A stretch of DNA of 63,543 nt, filler included, from Chiloscyllium plagiosum (GCF_004010195.1; 3 parts of one record of this genome joined end to end with filler, not necessarily neighbours in it), one strand, 5' to 3'. Positions 39,869 to 52,362 are shown, counted from the first letter of the whole stretch. Made by a program: numbers and translations. Notes: generated from the letters alone by a model not told the origin.

Positions 39869-40446
39869 GTCTTGATAAATTGAACACTCTTGAAATAACT
39901 TTTCTGCAGACATTAAACTGATATGCTATCTATACATTCGGCTAACCAGTTTAGCAGATTTACAGCTTATCCAATCTGCCTGAAACGAGTTGGTCTTCCA
40001 GAGTAAGGGGTTGACCTTGACTAAGTGTTGCAGACTGGCACATTCCAAGGTCCAGGACTACATGCTGAGGATTGCACTAAAGCTTGGGGCAGCTGCTTCC
40101 ATCTAAGATCTTTCTGCCAAAGAACACTGGGGGTCCATTCAGTTATTGGACCTCCTGATGTCTCAAAATTTCTCACAGGTAACAAATGTCTTTGATTTGT
40201 TTGATGGATAGAGTCCATCTCCGATGTTTGTTTGTTTCTTCATATGCTACTACGCGAACCAAACTGCTTTAGGGACGATGTATGTTACAAAGATATTTTA
40301 TGAATGAGGTATATTTTTGAATTAAAAAAGCCTTTGTGCAACAATTATATAGGAGGAGAAAGTGAGTCTGCAGATGCTGGAGATCAAAGTTGAAACTTTA
40401 TTGCTGGAACAGCACAGCAGGTCAGGCAGCATCCAGGGAACAGGAG

Positions 40447-40482
40447 ATTCGACGTTTCGGGCACAGGCCCTTCTTCAGGAAT
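40447..40482 (-). ncRNA. Minimal hammerhead ribozyme motif (family A), inverted pLTR
   Basis: Exact reverse complement of ATTC-CTGAAGA-A-GGGC-CTGT-GCCC-GAAAC-GTC-GAAT. Confidence 0.8.
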
Positions 40483-40697
40483 GAGCAGAGAGTGTTCAGC
40501 AGGAGAAGATAAAAGGTAGGGAGGAGGGACTTGGAGGAGGGGAGTTGGAAATGTCTTCTTCTTGACCTCTCCGCCTCCACCCTACTCCGACCTATCACCC
40601 TCACCTTGACCTCTTTCCACCTATCACATTTCCAACGCCCCTCCTCCAAGTCCCTCCTCCCTACCTTTTATCTTCTCCTGCTGAACACTCTCTGCTC

Positions 40698-40733
40698 ATT
40701 CCTGAAGAAGGGCCTGTGCCCGAAACGTCGAAT
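40698..40733 (+). ncRNA. Minimal hammerhead ribozyme motif (family A)
   Basis: CTGAAGA at 40702-40708, GTC at 40727-40729, stems intact. Confidence 0.8.
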
Positions 40734-42785
40734 CTCCTGTTCCCTGGATGCTGCCTGACCTGCTGTGCTGTTCCAGCAATAAAGTTTCAACTTTGATATC
40801 CAAATGAATCCAACAAGAACTGGACCAAGCATATGTGGTACTCATAATCTTCTTCATCCTAAGTATACGCATGATTTTACTACAACTGCTAAGTATTTCA
40901 TCAGTAATATTTTCAGCAACATAACACAAAACATCGCAGATAAGAAAAACTGCAGCATATTAACATGCCAAATTTCCCCTAAAGTAAATGCATTAAAATT
41001 CCATCAAATTTGACAATATTGTTATGTATTTGGCTTTAAGGGGTTAACACGTAGGGGGTTCCATACAACAGCCAAGCAGGGTGAGATCAATAGTTGTGAT
41101 GTTGAGAAGATATGCTCTTCTTCATTAGGGTAAATAAAACCACAGAAAGTAGACAAAATCAAACACAAAATATTGCTGAGGAAAGGAGTGAACAAAGACA
41201 GAAATGGGAACTATTTAAATGTAAATCTATGATTCGCTCCAGTAATAATATCTAACAATATTCAATATCTAGGATCATACCAAAAGAGTACTTTGAAGTA
41301 TTAAAGGGATTTTCTGCTATCTAGTGATCTCTGAGGCATGAAGTTTCCCTTTCTTGATATGTGCAAGATCAAGACAAACACTAGGCATACAGTAACAGTG
41401 ATATCACCGCAGGGAGTTGGCAGCCAATTACACTGAAGTATTCTCAAACAGCAAATCAGAAAGTAAAATGCAGTAAAATCTTCTACTCAATTAAAATTTC
41501 CACAGAGTAAATACAAATCATCAGTGATACACATGGGATTAAAGTAGCTGAAATATCATAACTTTTTTTTAAATTTGAAAAAAACATTATTGCCATAATA
41601 ATGGCAAAAAAGCATCCCAGTGATATAACATTAGATTTCTATGAGTAACTATTGAGTTATTAAAATTAAATTGCATTTATATAGTAACTGTTATGGCCAC
41701 AGAAAGATCCAAAATGCTTTACAGCCAATAAAGTACTTTGGAAGTACAGTCAGTGTTGACACATAGCAGGCAATTTACATGTAGCAAGCTCCCACAAAAA
41801 GAAATGCTGTACTAATTATTGAAAAAATATTGACTATGACACCTGGAACAACTTTCTCATCAGTGGTGAGGTTCTGGAACCCCTACGGAAAGCTGATAGG
41901 GGTGGGGAGGGAAATATATCCTTGGTGCTGGGGTCTGTTTGGAGGTGGCGGACGTGACGGCGGATGATGCGCTGTACATGGAGATTGGTGGGGTGGTAGG
42001 TGAGGACCAGTGTGGTTCTGTCCTGGTGGCGGTTGGAGGGGCGGGGCTCAAGGGCGGAGGAGCGGGAAGTGGAGGAGATGCGGTGGAGGGCACCGTCGAC
42101 CGCGTCGGGGGGGAAATTGCGGTCCTTGGAGAAGGAGGCCATCTGTGTTGTACGTATTTTGTACTGGTCCTCCTGGGAGCAGATGCGGCGGAGACGAAGG
42201 AGTTGGGAGAATGGGATGGCGTTTTTACAGGGGGCAGGATGGGAGGAGGTGTAGTCCAGACCTCCACCCACATCATCTACTGCATCCGCTGCAGCCGGTG
42301 TGGCCTCCTCTATATTGGGGAGACAGGCCGCCTACTTGCGGAGCGATTCAGAGAGCACCTCTGGGCCACCCGGACGAACCAACCCAACCACCCTGTAGCA
42401 CAGCATTTCATCTCCCCCTCCCACTCCACCGAGGATATGCAGGTCATTGGACTCATCCACCGCCAAACCACAACAACCCGACGGTCGGAGGAGGAGCGTT
42501 TTATCTTCCGGCTGGGAACCCTCCAACCGCCGGGGATGAACTTGGACTTCACCAGTTTCTTCATCCCCCTCCCCCCCCCTTGTCTCAGCTGGATCCTTCC
42601 GGCCCGGCACCGCCTTCCTGTCCTGCAGTCTTCTTCTTGACCTCTCCGCCTCCACCCTACTCCGACCTATCACTCCGACCTATCACCCTCACCTTGACCT
42701 CTTTCCACCTATCACATTTCCAACTCCCCTCCTCCAAGTCCCTCCTCCCTACCTTTTATCTTCTCCTGCTGAACACTCTCTGCTC

Positions 42786-42821
42786 ATTCCTGAAGAAGGG
42801 CCTGTGCCCGAAACGTCGAAT
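42786..42821 (+). ncRNA. Minimal hammerhead ribozyme motif (family A)
   Basis: CTGAAGA at 42790-42796, GTC at 42815-42817, stems intact. Confidence 0.8.
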
Positions 42822-44811
42822 CTCCTGTTCCCTGGATGCTGCCTGACCTGCTGTGCTGTTCCAGCAATAAAGTTTCAACAACAATTATATAAACTACTTA
42901 AAGCTGATTCAGGATAGTAAATTAGAATTATTGGCAATTCTGTGCTGGTCAAAATTTCACTTTATGTTACAAGTCTAGCCATTGCCTCTAACTCACTGTA
43001 ACTCAAATGTTGTACCTATCTGAGGGATGTTCTTAGGTAAGAGATCACCATCCACAGGTTTAGTCAAAGAGGTACTGAGTATTGGAGAACAGAATTAAAA
43101 TGAGATATATATTACTGGTTTGACTTACAATTTTTACATTATTAATCAACTAATTAAAGTTCTTGTGAAAAATATACATTGTTGACTGAGATTTAACTCT
43201 TCTTTTAAAGGCGTGCTAAGTCGTAAATACTTGTGAACAACTTCTCTAGCTACAAAAAAACTACTTCCGTATTTGAGGGGTGTCAAATTTCTCCTCTCTA
43301 GTTAAAAATTCCATAAATTTTGAAAATGCTTTCAGCTTCTATACATGTATATGTCTCAAATGTTTTATTCACCATACTAGTGTGAGTGATAAGCCTATGC
43401 ATTATTGCTTGTATTCTGCAAGGCTGTATCATCTTTTTAATGGCATTATTGTTTGCTGTACCCCTGAGATCTGCAGTAGCTGATGTCAATAAAATGCATG
43501 CTGGGATATGTAGAGTCCAAAACACATAGAAAACTAGGTTTTTATAAACAACATTCTTTAAGGACAGTAGCAAACACTATTAATTCATTATTTAGGCCAT
43601 CAGTAGCCTTAAGCATCTTTTGGCCTGACAAATACTGTCAAATTAAGCTTTTGTTTACCACCCAATCTACCTTATTAACATATACTATGGGGTAAGCACA
43701 TGTCTCAGAACTGCCCCCCAAAAAATTATGGAATCTATGCTGAGATCTGATTAGAGGTTGGTCCAATAGTACCTAACTTCGAGAAAAGAAATCACTACAA
43801 CTTGATCATGGATTTTAGGTCAGTAATTAATGATGTAAACTGTTAAAAACTACCATCCAGAAAAACAAAACCATGCAACTAAGTGATCAAGCCTTTTTGT
43901 CTGATACTCCCTCATCAGGCTCAAATGATTATTATAAAATACTGAATTTAAAGAAAAAATCTATAACAAGTGCACCCGCAACTATTATTCATTGTATGGC
44001 TGGAGGGAAGAAGTTAAGGAAACAAAGTAGTTTTGTCTACAGATAGATCAATGGTATTCACCAGACTGGTAGTCCAGGATAACCGCATTGACACAGTACA
44101 ATAGGACAGAAAGAGAGACGGAAGGAGATACAGAACATAAAGAAAAAACATTATCATATGGTTTCCTCCAGTTAAATCCATCGGGCAAATGAAATTAAGT
44201 TTGTTGTCTAAAATACATTTATGTCAAAACAGATCACTCAGAATAAATAGTAGCATGCACAGAACAAGCTGGCCTTTGCATTTAAGAAAATGTATTCAAA
44301 ACTTATGTATATGTTATTACATAACTGGACATTAATTAATTGTCTGTTGCAATACATCATTATTGTAGCTGACTCCGTAGCTTATCAAATACATGATTCA
44401 ATTGTTCAGAATCAATGATGAAAGAAAGAAAAAACTGATTGTGAAGAAACATTTGTTCTTGTATTATTCTAGGAAACAAATCTATGAATATCTAAATAGT
44501 AACAACTGACTGACCAACACAGTGCGGGCCTATAGTCCAATAATTGAAATGCTAGCCCCTAAGCTGTCTGTCACTTGAATCTGTTTATCATTGGTACCAT
44601 TTCACGTTGTTCTTCTTAACTGAGCCACTAAGTGGCAGTGTTTGTAGCAAATCAACTTTAATGACAGACTGAAGAAGATACTCGAATATCTGTAAACCCC
44701 TGCTAAGGTTATGTATTGCTTTTCTCATGGGAGTGCAAGTGGGAAGGCACAAAGGTTGCTGGTATTGGATACACAGACATCAAGCTTAACAAAATATTAA
44801 GTCTCAGAAAT

Positions 44812-45316
44812 AGAGTCAAAGAGTCATAGAGATGTACAGCATGGAAACAGACCCTTCGGTCCAACCCGTCCATGCCGACCAGATATCCCAACCCAATCTA
44901 GTCCCACCTGTCAGCACCCGGCCCATATCTCTCCAAACCCTTCCTATTCATATACCCATCCAAATGCTTCTAAATGTTGCAATTGTACCAGCCTCCACTA
45001 CTTCCTCTGGAGCTCATTCCATACACGTACCACCCTCTGCATGAAAACGTTGCCCCTTAGGTCTCTTTCATATCTTTCCCCTCTCACCCTAAACCTATGC
45101 CCTCTCGTTCTGGACTCCCCGACCCCAGGGAAAAGACTTTGCCGATTTATCCTATCCATGCCCCTCATAATTTTGTAAACCTCTATAAGGTCACCCCTCA
45201 GCCTCTGATGCTCCAGGGAAAACAGCCCCAGCCCCAGCCCCAGCCCCAGCCTGTTCAGCCTCTCCCTATAGCTCAAATCCTCCAACCCTGGCAACATCCT
45301 TGTAAATCTTTTCACA
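44812..45316 (-). mobile_element. Young CR1 3' fragment
   Basis: ORF 44998-45315 '[23 protein letters not shown]...LRGDLIEVYKIMRG' and a (gagtcata)-type tail. Confidence 0.92.
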
Positions 45317-45452
45317 AATTTAGGAAAAACTGGGAAAGAAATATTTAATAGAAAAACTTAATTTAACTTTATTTTCTAAAGTGAGCTTATAATCAATGAC
45401 AAATACTGTTTTCAAATCTAAACAATGATTGTCTTCAGTTATATTGCAGTAT

Positions 45453-46312
45453 GTGATTTGATTTGATTTGATTTGATTTATTATTGTCACATACTGAGAT
45501 ACAGTAAGAAGTATTGTTTTGCATGCTAATCAGACAAATCATATCATACATGGTAAATTGCCCATAGTGTTAGGTGCATTAATCAGAGGGAAATGGGTCT
45601 GGGTGGGTTACTCTGTGGAGGTTCGGTATGGACTTGTTGGGCCGAAGGGCCCGTTTCCATACTATAGGGAATCTAATCTAATCTAATCTATTAAATGCTT
45701 CAGGAGAATAGAACAGACTGCAGAATATAGTGTTACAGCTACAGAGAAGATTCAAAGAAAAATCATGTCTAATATATGAGACATTTGTTCATAAGTCTGA
45801 TAACAGCAGGGAAGAAGCTGTTCTGAAATCTGTTGGTACGTGTATTCAGACTTTTGTAGCTTCTGCCCGATGGAAGAATGTGGAAGAGAGTATAACTGGG
45901 GTGGGAGAGGTCTTTGATAAATTTGGCTGTTTTCCTGAGGCAGTGGGAAGTATAAATGGAGTCAATGAATGGAAGGCTGGCTTTCATGATGGACTGGCCT
46001 GGATTCATACCTCTCTGTGATTTCTTGCAGTCTTGGGAAGAGCAGTTGCCATACAATGCTGTGCTGCATTGGATAAGATGTTTTCTTTGGAGCATCTATA
46101 AAAATTGTAAGAGCTATTGTGGATATGCCAAACTTCCTTTGCCCTCAGAGGAAGTAGAGGTATCAGTGTACTTTATTGACTGTAGCATCAAAGTGGATGG
46201 ACCAGGATAAACTGTTGGTGATATTTACTCTTGGATACTTGAAGCTCTCCACCTCAGCAGCATTGCTAGAAAGGGGCATGTCGTCCACTCCACTTCCTGA
46301 AATTGATGACTA
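45453..46312 (-). mobile_element. Rex/L2-like non-LTR retrotransposon 3' end, interrupted by an HE1 SINE fragment (about 45550-45690)
   Basis: ORF 45769-46095 'ALYGNCSSQDCKK...IKDLSHPSYTLFHILPSGRSYKSLNTRTNRFQNSFFPAVIRL' and a (gattt)n tail at 45455-45480. Confidence 0.7.
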
Positions 46313-46317
46313 GATCG

Positions 46318-46822
46318 AGGAGAAAGTGAGGTCTGCAGATGCTGGAGATCAAAGTTGAAACTTTATTGTTGGAACAGCACAGCAGGTCAGGCAGCATCCA
46401 GGGAACAGGAGATTCGACGTTTCGGGCACAGGCCCTTCTTCAGGAATGAGCAGAGAGTGTTCAGCAGGAGAAGATAAAAGGTAGGGAGGAGGGACTTGGA
46501 GGAGGGGAGTTGGAAATGTGATAGGTGGAAAGAGGTCAAGGTGAGGGTGATAGGTCGGAGTAGGGTGGAGGCGGAGAGGTCAAGAAGAAGACTGCAGGAC
46601 AGGAAGGCGGTGCCGGGCCGGAAGGATCCAGCTGAGACAAGGGGGGGGGAGGGGGATGAAGAAACTGGTGAAGTCCAAGTTCACCCCCGGCGGTGGGAGG
46701 GTTCCCAGTCGGAAGATAAGACGCTCCTCCTCCGACCGTCGGGTTGTTGTGGTTTGGCGGTGGATGAGTCCAATGACCTGCATATCCTCGGTGGAGTGGG
46801 AGGGGGAGATGAAATGCTGTGC
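46318..46822 (-). mobile_element. Young Neptune-like PLE 3' end with HHR at 46416-46443, cut by a gap
   Basis: Near-identical reverse complement of about 42400-42879, plus the pLTR tail. Confidence 0.92.
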
Positions 46823-46922
46823 NNNNNNNNNNNNNNNNNNNNNNNNNNNNNNNNNNNNNNNNNNNNTTAATTAATTAANNNNNNNNNNNNNNNNNNNNNN
46901 NNNNNNNNNNNNNNNNNNNNNN
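46823..46922. other. Assembly gap (44 N, TTAATTAATTAA spacer, 44 N)
   Basis: Directly visible. Confidence 0.95.
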
Positions 46923-47140
46923 TGCACGTTCTCCCCGTGTCTGCGTGGGTTTCCTCCGGGTGCTCCGGTTTCCTCCCACAGTCCAAAGATGTGCAGGTCA
47001 GGTGAATTGGCTATGCTAAATTGTCCGTAATGTTAGGTAAGGGGTACATGTAGGGGTATGGGTGGGTTGCGCTTCGGCGAGGCAGTGTGGACTTGTTGGG
47101 CCGAAGGGCCTGTTTCCACACTGTAAGTAATCTAAAAAAA
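46923..47140 (+). mobile_element. Young HE1-type V-SINE, 5' end lost in the gap
   Basis: V-domain gcgtgggtttcctccgggtgctccggtttcctcccacagtccaaagatgtgc and tail. Confidence 0.88.
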
Positions 47141-47147
47141 AAATTTT

Positions 47148-48142
47148 CTAATGTGCCCATTCCCTGCAGTTTCCTTCCCCATCATATGCTTCCTAAATCT
47201 TGCCTAAACGCATTGTGGTTGCCTTTCCTCCAGCTGTAACTCTTGCCCAGTGGTATACACCTATCCCTTTCTATCACTAAAGTAAACATAACAGAATTGT
47301 GATCGCTGTCACCAAAGTGCTCACCTACTTCCAAGTCTAACACCTGGCCGGGCTCATTACCCAGTACCAAATCTAATGTGGCTTCGCCTCTTGTTGGCCT
47401 GTCTACATACTGTGTCAGGAGGCCCTCTTGCACACACTGGACAAAAACTGACCCATCTGTAGTACTCGTACTATAGTGTTCCCAATCAATATTTGGAAAG
47501 TCCCCCATGACAACTACCCTGTCTCTCTTACTCCTATCGAGAATCATCTTTGCTATCCTTTCCTCTACATCTCTGGAACTATTTGGAGGCCGATAGATAA
47601 CTCCCAACAGGGTGACCTCTCCCTTCCTGTTTCTAACCTCAGCCCATACTATTTCAGTTGATGATCCCCAAACATCCTTTCTGCAACTGTAATGCTGTCC
47701 ATAACCAACAATGCCACACCTCCCCCACTTTTACCATCTTCTCTGTTCTTACTGAAACATCTAAATCCTGGAACCTGCAGCAACCATTCCTGTCCCAGCT
47801 CTATCCATGTCTCTGAAATGGCCACAACATCTAAGTCCCAGGTACTACCCATGCTGCAAGTTCACCCACCTTATCCCGGATGCCCCTGGCGTTGAAGTAG
47901 ACACACTTCAAACCAACTTCTTGTTTGCCGGTGCCATCTTGCGTCCCTGAAACTTGATTTCGGACCTCCCTACTCTCAATCTTTTCTATACTCGAATACA
48001 GTTTTGGTTCCCATCCCCCTGCTGGATTAATTTAAACCCACCCCAATAGCCTTAGCGAATTTCCCCCCAGGATATTGGTACCCCTCTGGTTCAGATGAAG
48101 ACCATCCTGCTTGCAGAGGTCCCACCTACCCCAGAAAGAGCC
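47148..48142 (-). mobile_element. CR1 fragment (end of ORF1 plus APE domain)
   Basis: ORFs 47649-47852 (VVAISETW) and 47182-47607 (GVIYRPPN...GDSDHN), and 'DGLHLNQRGTNIL'. Confidence 0.9.
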
Positions 48143-48506
48143 TCCCTCGCACCTCTCAGCAAATGGAGGCCTGATCACGAGGGAAGTCCCTTTTAATGCG
48201 GGAAATCTCACCCTTCCTGGCAGCCCTCCTTTCACCTCTCCTTCTCTCCTCGCAGTTCTGGCAAGTGGAAATAAACCGTGAACTGTCGAAATATTTACAG
48301 GAATTGAGGATAGAGGTCTGGTCAACAATGAAGCAGTATCACAGGATCCAATATGATTAGACAATTGGAGGAGGACATTGAAGAAGCATATATGGTGGTG
48401 GTAATTTGGGATTTGGGTAGACGTTCACCCATGGATTAAAATTGTTTCTCAGGTACCAATACTGATTGAATTGTTAATTGCTATTAGCGTACTGTTACAG
48501 TGTTGA
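48143..48506 (+). pseudogene. Decayed env-like glycoprotein C-terminus (heptad-like segment, Trp-rich juxtamembrane region, transmembrane helix)
   Basis: With frameshifts: VEINRELSKYLQELRIEVWSTMKQYHRIQY / IRQLEEDIEEA / WWW*FGIWVDVHPWIKIVSQVPILIELLIAISVLLQC (last block 48393-48503). Lies upstream of a PPT and LTR-like sequence. Confidence 0.5.
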
Positions 48507-48770
48507 CAGTGCAGTTGGGAAGGGGCATTACTACAATCAGTACAATAAGCACAACCTAGTCCAGTCGCTCATGGTAATGCTCAGGTCAGAATATCCTGTC
48601 AAGCATGGGTGTCCACATCACCAACTTGCAGGAAATGAAGGGGAATGTGAAGTCTTACTCCCTGTTATCTAAAGGGAACTTCGCCATTGGCCCGGCCTCT
48701 CACATGGGATGAGAGGAACAGCAATTTACAGCCTGTTTAGGAGCACATTGGAGTATTCACCTTGTGGATT

Positions 48771-49871
48771 GAAAGAGGGGAAGTGAAGTTGTTCATGCAC
48801 GAAGTTATATAAAAACATAGGATTTCATACTTTGCTTAACCTTATTGAACTTGCAGAAATGACTTTGGACTAACATGCTAATTAGGGTATGGGTTAACAG
48901 TCACAATTGTGAGAACAAAGTGGTGATATAGGTGCAAATAGCTTTACTGATAAGTGTAAGGTTGCTTAGCTTAGGACATGGCTATTTTTGATAAATTACC
49001 ATTTGTGATAAAAAAAAGAGAATTAAAAGAAGGAAAATAAATACTGAGTAGATCAGAATAAGGAAGGGACATCATATTAAAATGCAAAAAGATTAAGGGT
49101 AAGGTTTAGTTTATTTTTCATGGCCATTTAAATATGAAACTGAAAGTACAAACTCTGGTACATGAACCATGATGTAATTATGGTCCATGAGATAAAGTTA
49201 CAAGAATTATGTAAATGTACTCCGGATCTGCTGAATTGTGTCAATATTGTTGGTGTAATTGTAGTGTGTCTTCCTCTGTATGCATACTTGTGTTGATCAT
49301 TAACCTGCTGTGTCTCTCACTTTACAGTTGACTTTTGTCAAATGGTTTTAGATATTCAACAACAAGGAGGAACGTTTCCAATGGAAGAACTATGCCTTGA
49401 TTCTCCCATTACTCTTAACGGGATAAATTATTTTTCTCTTAACATGTTGGTATTCCCATGGTAATATGGCAGACTCAAAGTTGCATAAATGGAAATTGAC
49501 ATCTTTTGGTCGGTGTACAAGTTTGTTCAGAAGAGACGATGACTGAATATGTTAGAATGACCGTTGAATGAGGCTGTGTTGAATCAGTTGCATTTCCTGA
49601 TGTAGAGACCAGTACATTTGAGAGAAAAAACTCGTAAAAACATGGTAGTGGTCTTTACTGGAGTTCCATATTAAGGCATACACGATACAATTGGACTAAT
49701 TCTGCCATTTCCAATTTTTACTGATTCTTTCCATGCGGAGATGGAATCCCAAGACGAAGAATAAAGCAGCTTTCTTCTTTGAGGATCAACTTAGTATGGA
49801 AGATACTGTCTAGCTTGTTTTGTTATGAATAATATAAATAAGATACTTATTCTTTTAGCAGGGTTTTAACA
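48771..49871 (+). mobile_element. Polypurine tract plus probable 3' LTR (about 1.1 kb) of an env-bearing retroelement
   Basis: GAAAGAGGGGAAG (48771-48783) directly followed by TG (48784). AATAAA at 49760-49765. Candidate CA end ...ttttaaca at 49871. Confidence 0.5.
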
Positions 49872-52362
49872 AGTCTGTTGAGCAAACAATCAGCAATGTA
49901 TTTGATCAATGCAAGTGCTGCAGTAGCCAAATATGCCAGTTGCTGAGTTTGTTTAGTGAGCAGTAGGGATGGGAACAGTCGTAACATTTATGACAGCATG
50001 CAAGTAATAACTAAGCCTCACTCAAGGTTTAAAAAGAATCAGTGGATCCAAATTAATACCCACAACAACTCCAGGCCTCCAGCTACTTCACATCAGTTAT
50101 CTAGATAGTTCTAAAAGTTAAAAATTGTGCACTTCATTTTAGTAATATTTTCAATGAGATTACATTAATATGTTTCAAAGGATTTGAGTAATTTGGTGTA
50201 ATGATGATGTAGGACTAATTAAATTATCAGCTTATGGAGTAATAGTTTGAATTTTTCTTTGGTTTTGCCAAATTTAAGATTGCTATCAATTAATTTTAAA
50301 TTAATGTGATCTTCTTTATTGACATATACTGAGGTTAAATCATTCTTATGAAAATTTCAACCGTTTGTTTCAACAACCTTTCCTTTGAAACAACTGTTTG
50401 GTGAGCAAGAAAACAAGCAAGATAGAAAGAAATAGGGATTACAAATAATTATTTGAATATTATTGACAAAAAAGAAACACTTAGTCAAAGTTTTTCAATT
50501 TCCACTCAAGAAGACAAATTGCAAAAACTACCTGAGTACAGGGAAAATAACATCTGAGAGGATCATAGTGTTTTTCTTAGTCATTCATGGGATGAGGGCA
50601 TCGCTAGCTAGGTCAGCACTTATTGCTTATTTCTAATTGTTCAGAGGGTAGCTAAGAATCAACCACATTGCTGTGGATCTGAAGTCATAGGCAGGTCAGA
50701 CCAGGTAAAGATGACAGTTTCCCTCCCTAAAGGACATTAGTGAACCGGATGGGTTTTATTTCCAACAATTGATTTATGGTCATCATTAGACTCAATTCCA
50801 TATTTTCATTGAATTCAAATTCCACCATCTGCCACTAGGGGATTCAAATCTGAGTCCCCAGAACATTACCTGGATTTCTAGATTAACAGTCCAGCAATAA
50901 TACCACTGATAGTTAACAACCAGGCTTTGTTTAGATTTTAAACCATGCAGATATGCAAGTGAAAGCAAATACTGCAGATGTTGGAAATCTGAAATAAAAA
51001 CAGTAAATGCTGCAGCAGCTCAATGGGTCAGGCAGTATCTCTGGTAAGAAAAACAGAGATAACATTTTAGTTCTTCAGAATTGACTTTAAACACGCTGGG
51101 TTTGTCTAGCACTTTCCTTTTTACAACTCATGTAACTTGTCTTTCTGAGTGCAAGATGAACAGCTTCAACAAAATGTGTCTTTATTCAACAATCCCACCT
51201 TTGTGATGAAGTCAAGAATGCATGAGAATCTCAGGCATCCTGTTCACATTGTTTTTTGATGACATGTGACAGTCAGGTTGTGCAATAGTGCCTAAGGCCA
51301 GCAGTTTTCCTCAGTGAACTGGGCACCATAAGGGAGGGGAGCTGGAGAATGGCAGCTTGCATGAAGGCTTGGGATTGACAAGGGTGAGTTATAATTGAGG
51401 AGAGGGTATAGAGTGGGATCAGGGGCATCAGGGAATGAAAGAGGAATCCAAGTGTGCAAAGAGGGTGGAGTCAAACTCATGGAGGAATGAAGTAGAAAGG
51501 ACTTGGTGAACTGGTAATGAAGATGGTGTAAGCAGTCAATCAAGGTAAAAAATTGAGGGCCCAAAAAGATGATGTTGGTACTGTCCTAATGTTCCCCCAT
51601 TGCAGGCTGTCCAGCTTGCTGGCAGATTTGTTACACAGCTTTGAATTTGCTTATGAGAATCTTGTGTTGTTCCCAGGAGTGAGAGGCAAATTGGGTGGAG
51701 GAACTTAATTACATGAGAAGCCAGAATACATTTCCTGGTAGCAGGAATAAAGTTTGCAATTATGTTCTTGGAGCTTTAAAGGCAGGCTGAGCTTCCCAGA
51801 GACAGGCATCAGGATTCTGTTTTTGCATGGATTTGTATCTGATGCATGACCATTAGAAGGCTTCCCAAATGTGCTTCCCAAATGTGCTTTCCATGAGAGA
51901 ACATGGATGTTGCAATAAGAAGCTTGCAGCAGATGATGTAACGTACTTGCTGGACTTCAGAGTAAGCAGGCGCTGCTTTATCATGTTTTCAGAGCATTTG
52001 TCTATCCCATACCATGATTGAGATTGGGTGGTGGAAGTCTAAGGTTGCTGGGGCTTTCTGTATGACTAAAGGAGGAAGGCTGGAGCAAAATGGGCACAGG
52101 AAAAAGAGGCTAGCCTATAGTGGAATTCTTCCTAGTCAAGTGGGAAGCATTCACTGAATGTTAATGGTTAGGCTAGCATTTATTCCTCAGAGGACAGTAA
52201 AATGATATTGCTGCGAGTCTGGAGTCACACAGAGGCCAGCTTCCTTCCTGAAAGGATATTGATGAACCAAATGGTGTTTCCTCTGAATCAGTCATGGTTT
52301 TCATGGTCATCATTAAACTTTAATTTCTCATTTTTTTATTGAATGTAAGTTAGACCATGGCA

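Larger units (their letters stand above)
40352..42879 (+). mobile_element. Composite PLE block: inverted pLTR, pLTR, about 1.1 kb non-PLE DNA, inverted ORF piece, GIY-YIG plus pLTR
   Basis: Bounded by the direct repeat caacaattatata (40339-40351 and 42879-42891). pLTR(-) 40352-40553, pLTR(+) 40554-40796, spacer about 40800-41885, ORF(-) about 41886-42258, GIY-YIG/pLTR(+) about 42259-42879. Confidence 0.75.

Noticed and set aside
40422..42846. Repeated ORFs ending ...KKGLCPKRRISCSLDAA
   Set aside because: These are incidental translations of the non-coding pLTR/HHR repeat.
44623..44640. GCCACTAAGTGGCAG CTCF-like motif
   Set aside because: Mismatch at a highly conserved core G, so it is likely chance.
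45223..45251. (CAGCCC)n expansion giving LGLGLGLG in a CR1 RT
   Set aside because: Local slippage in a dead 5'-truncated copy, with no functional implication.
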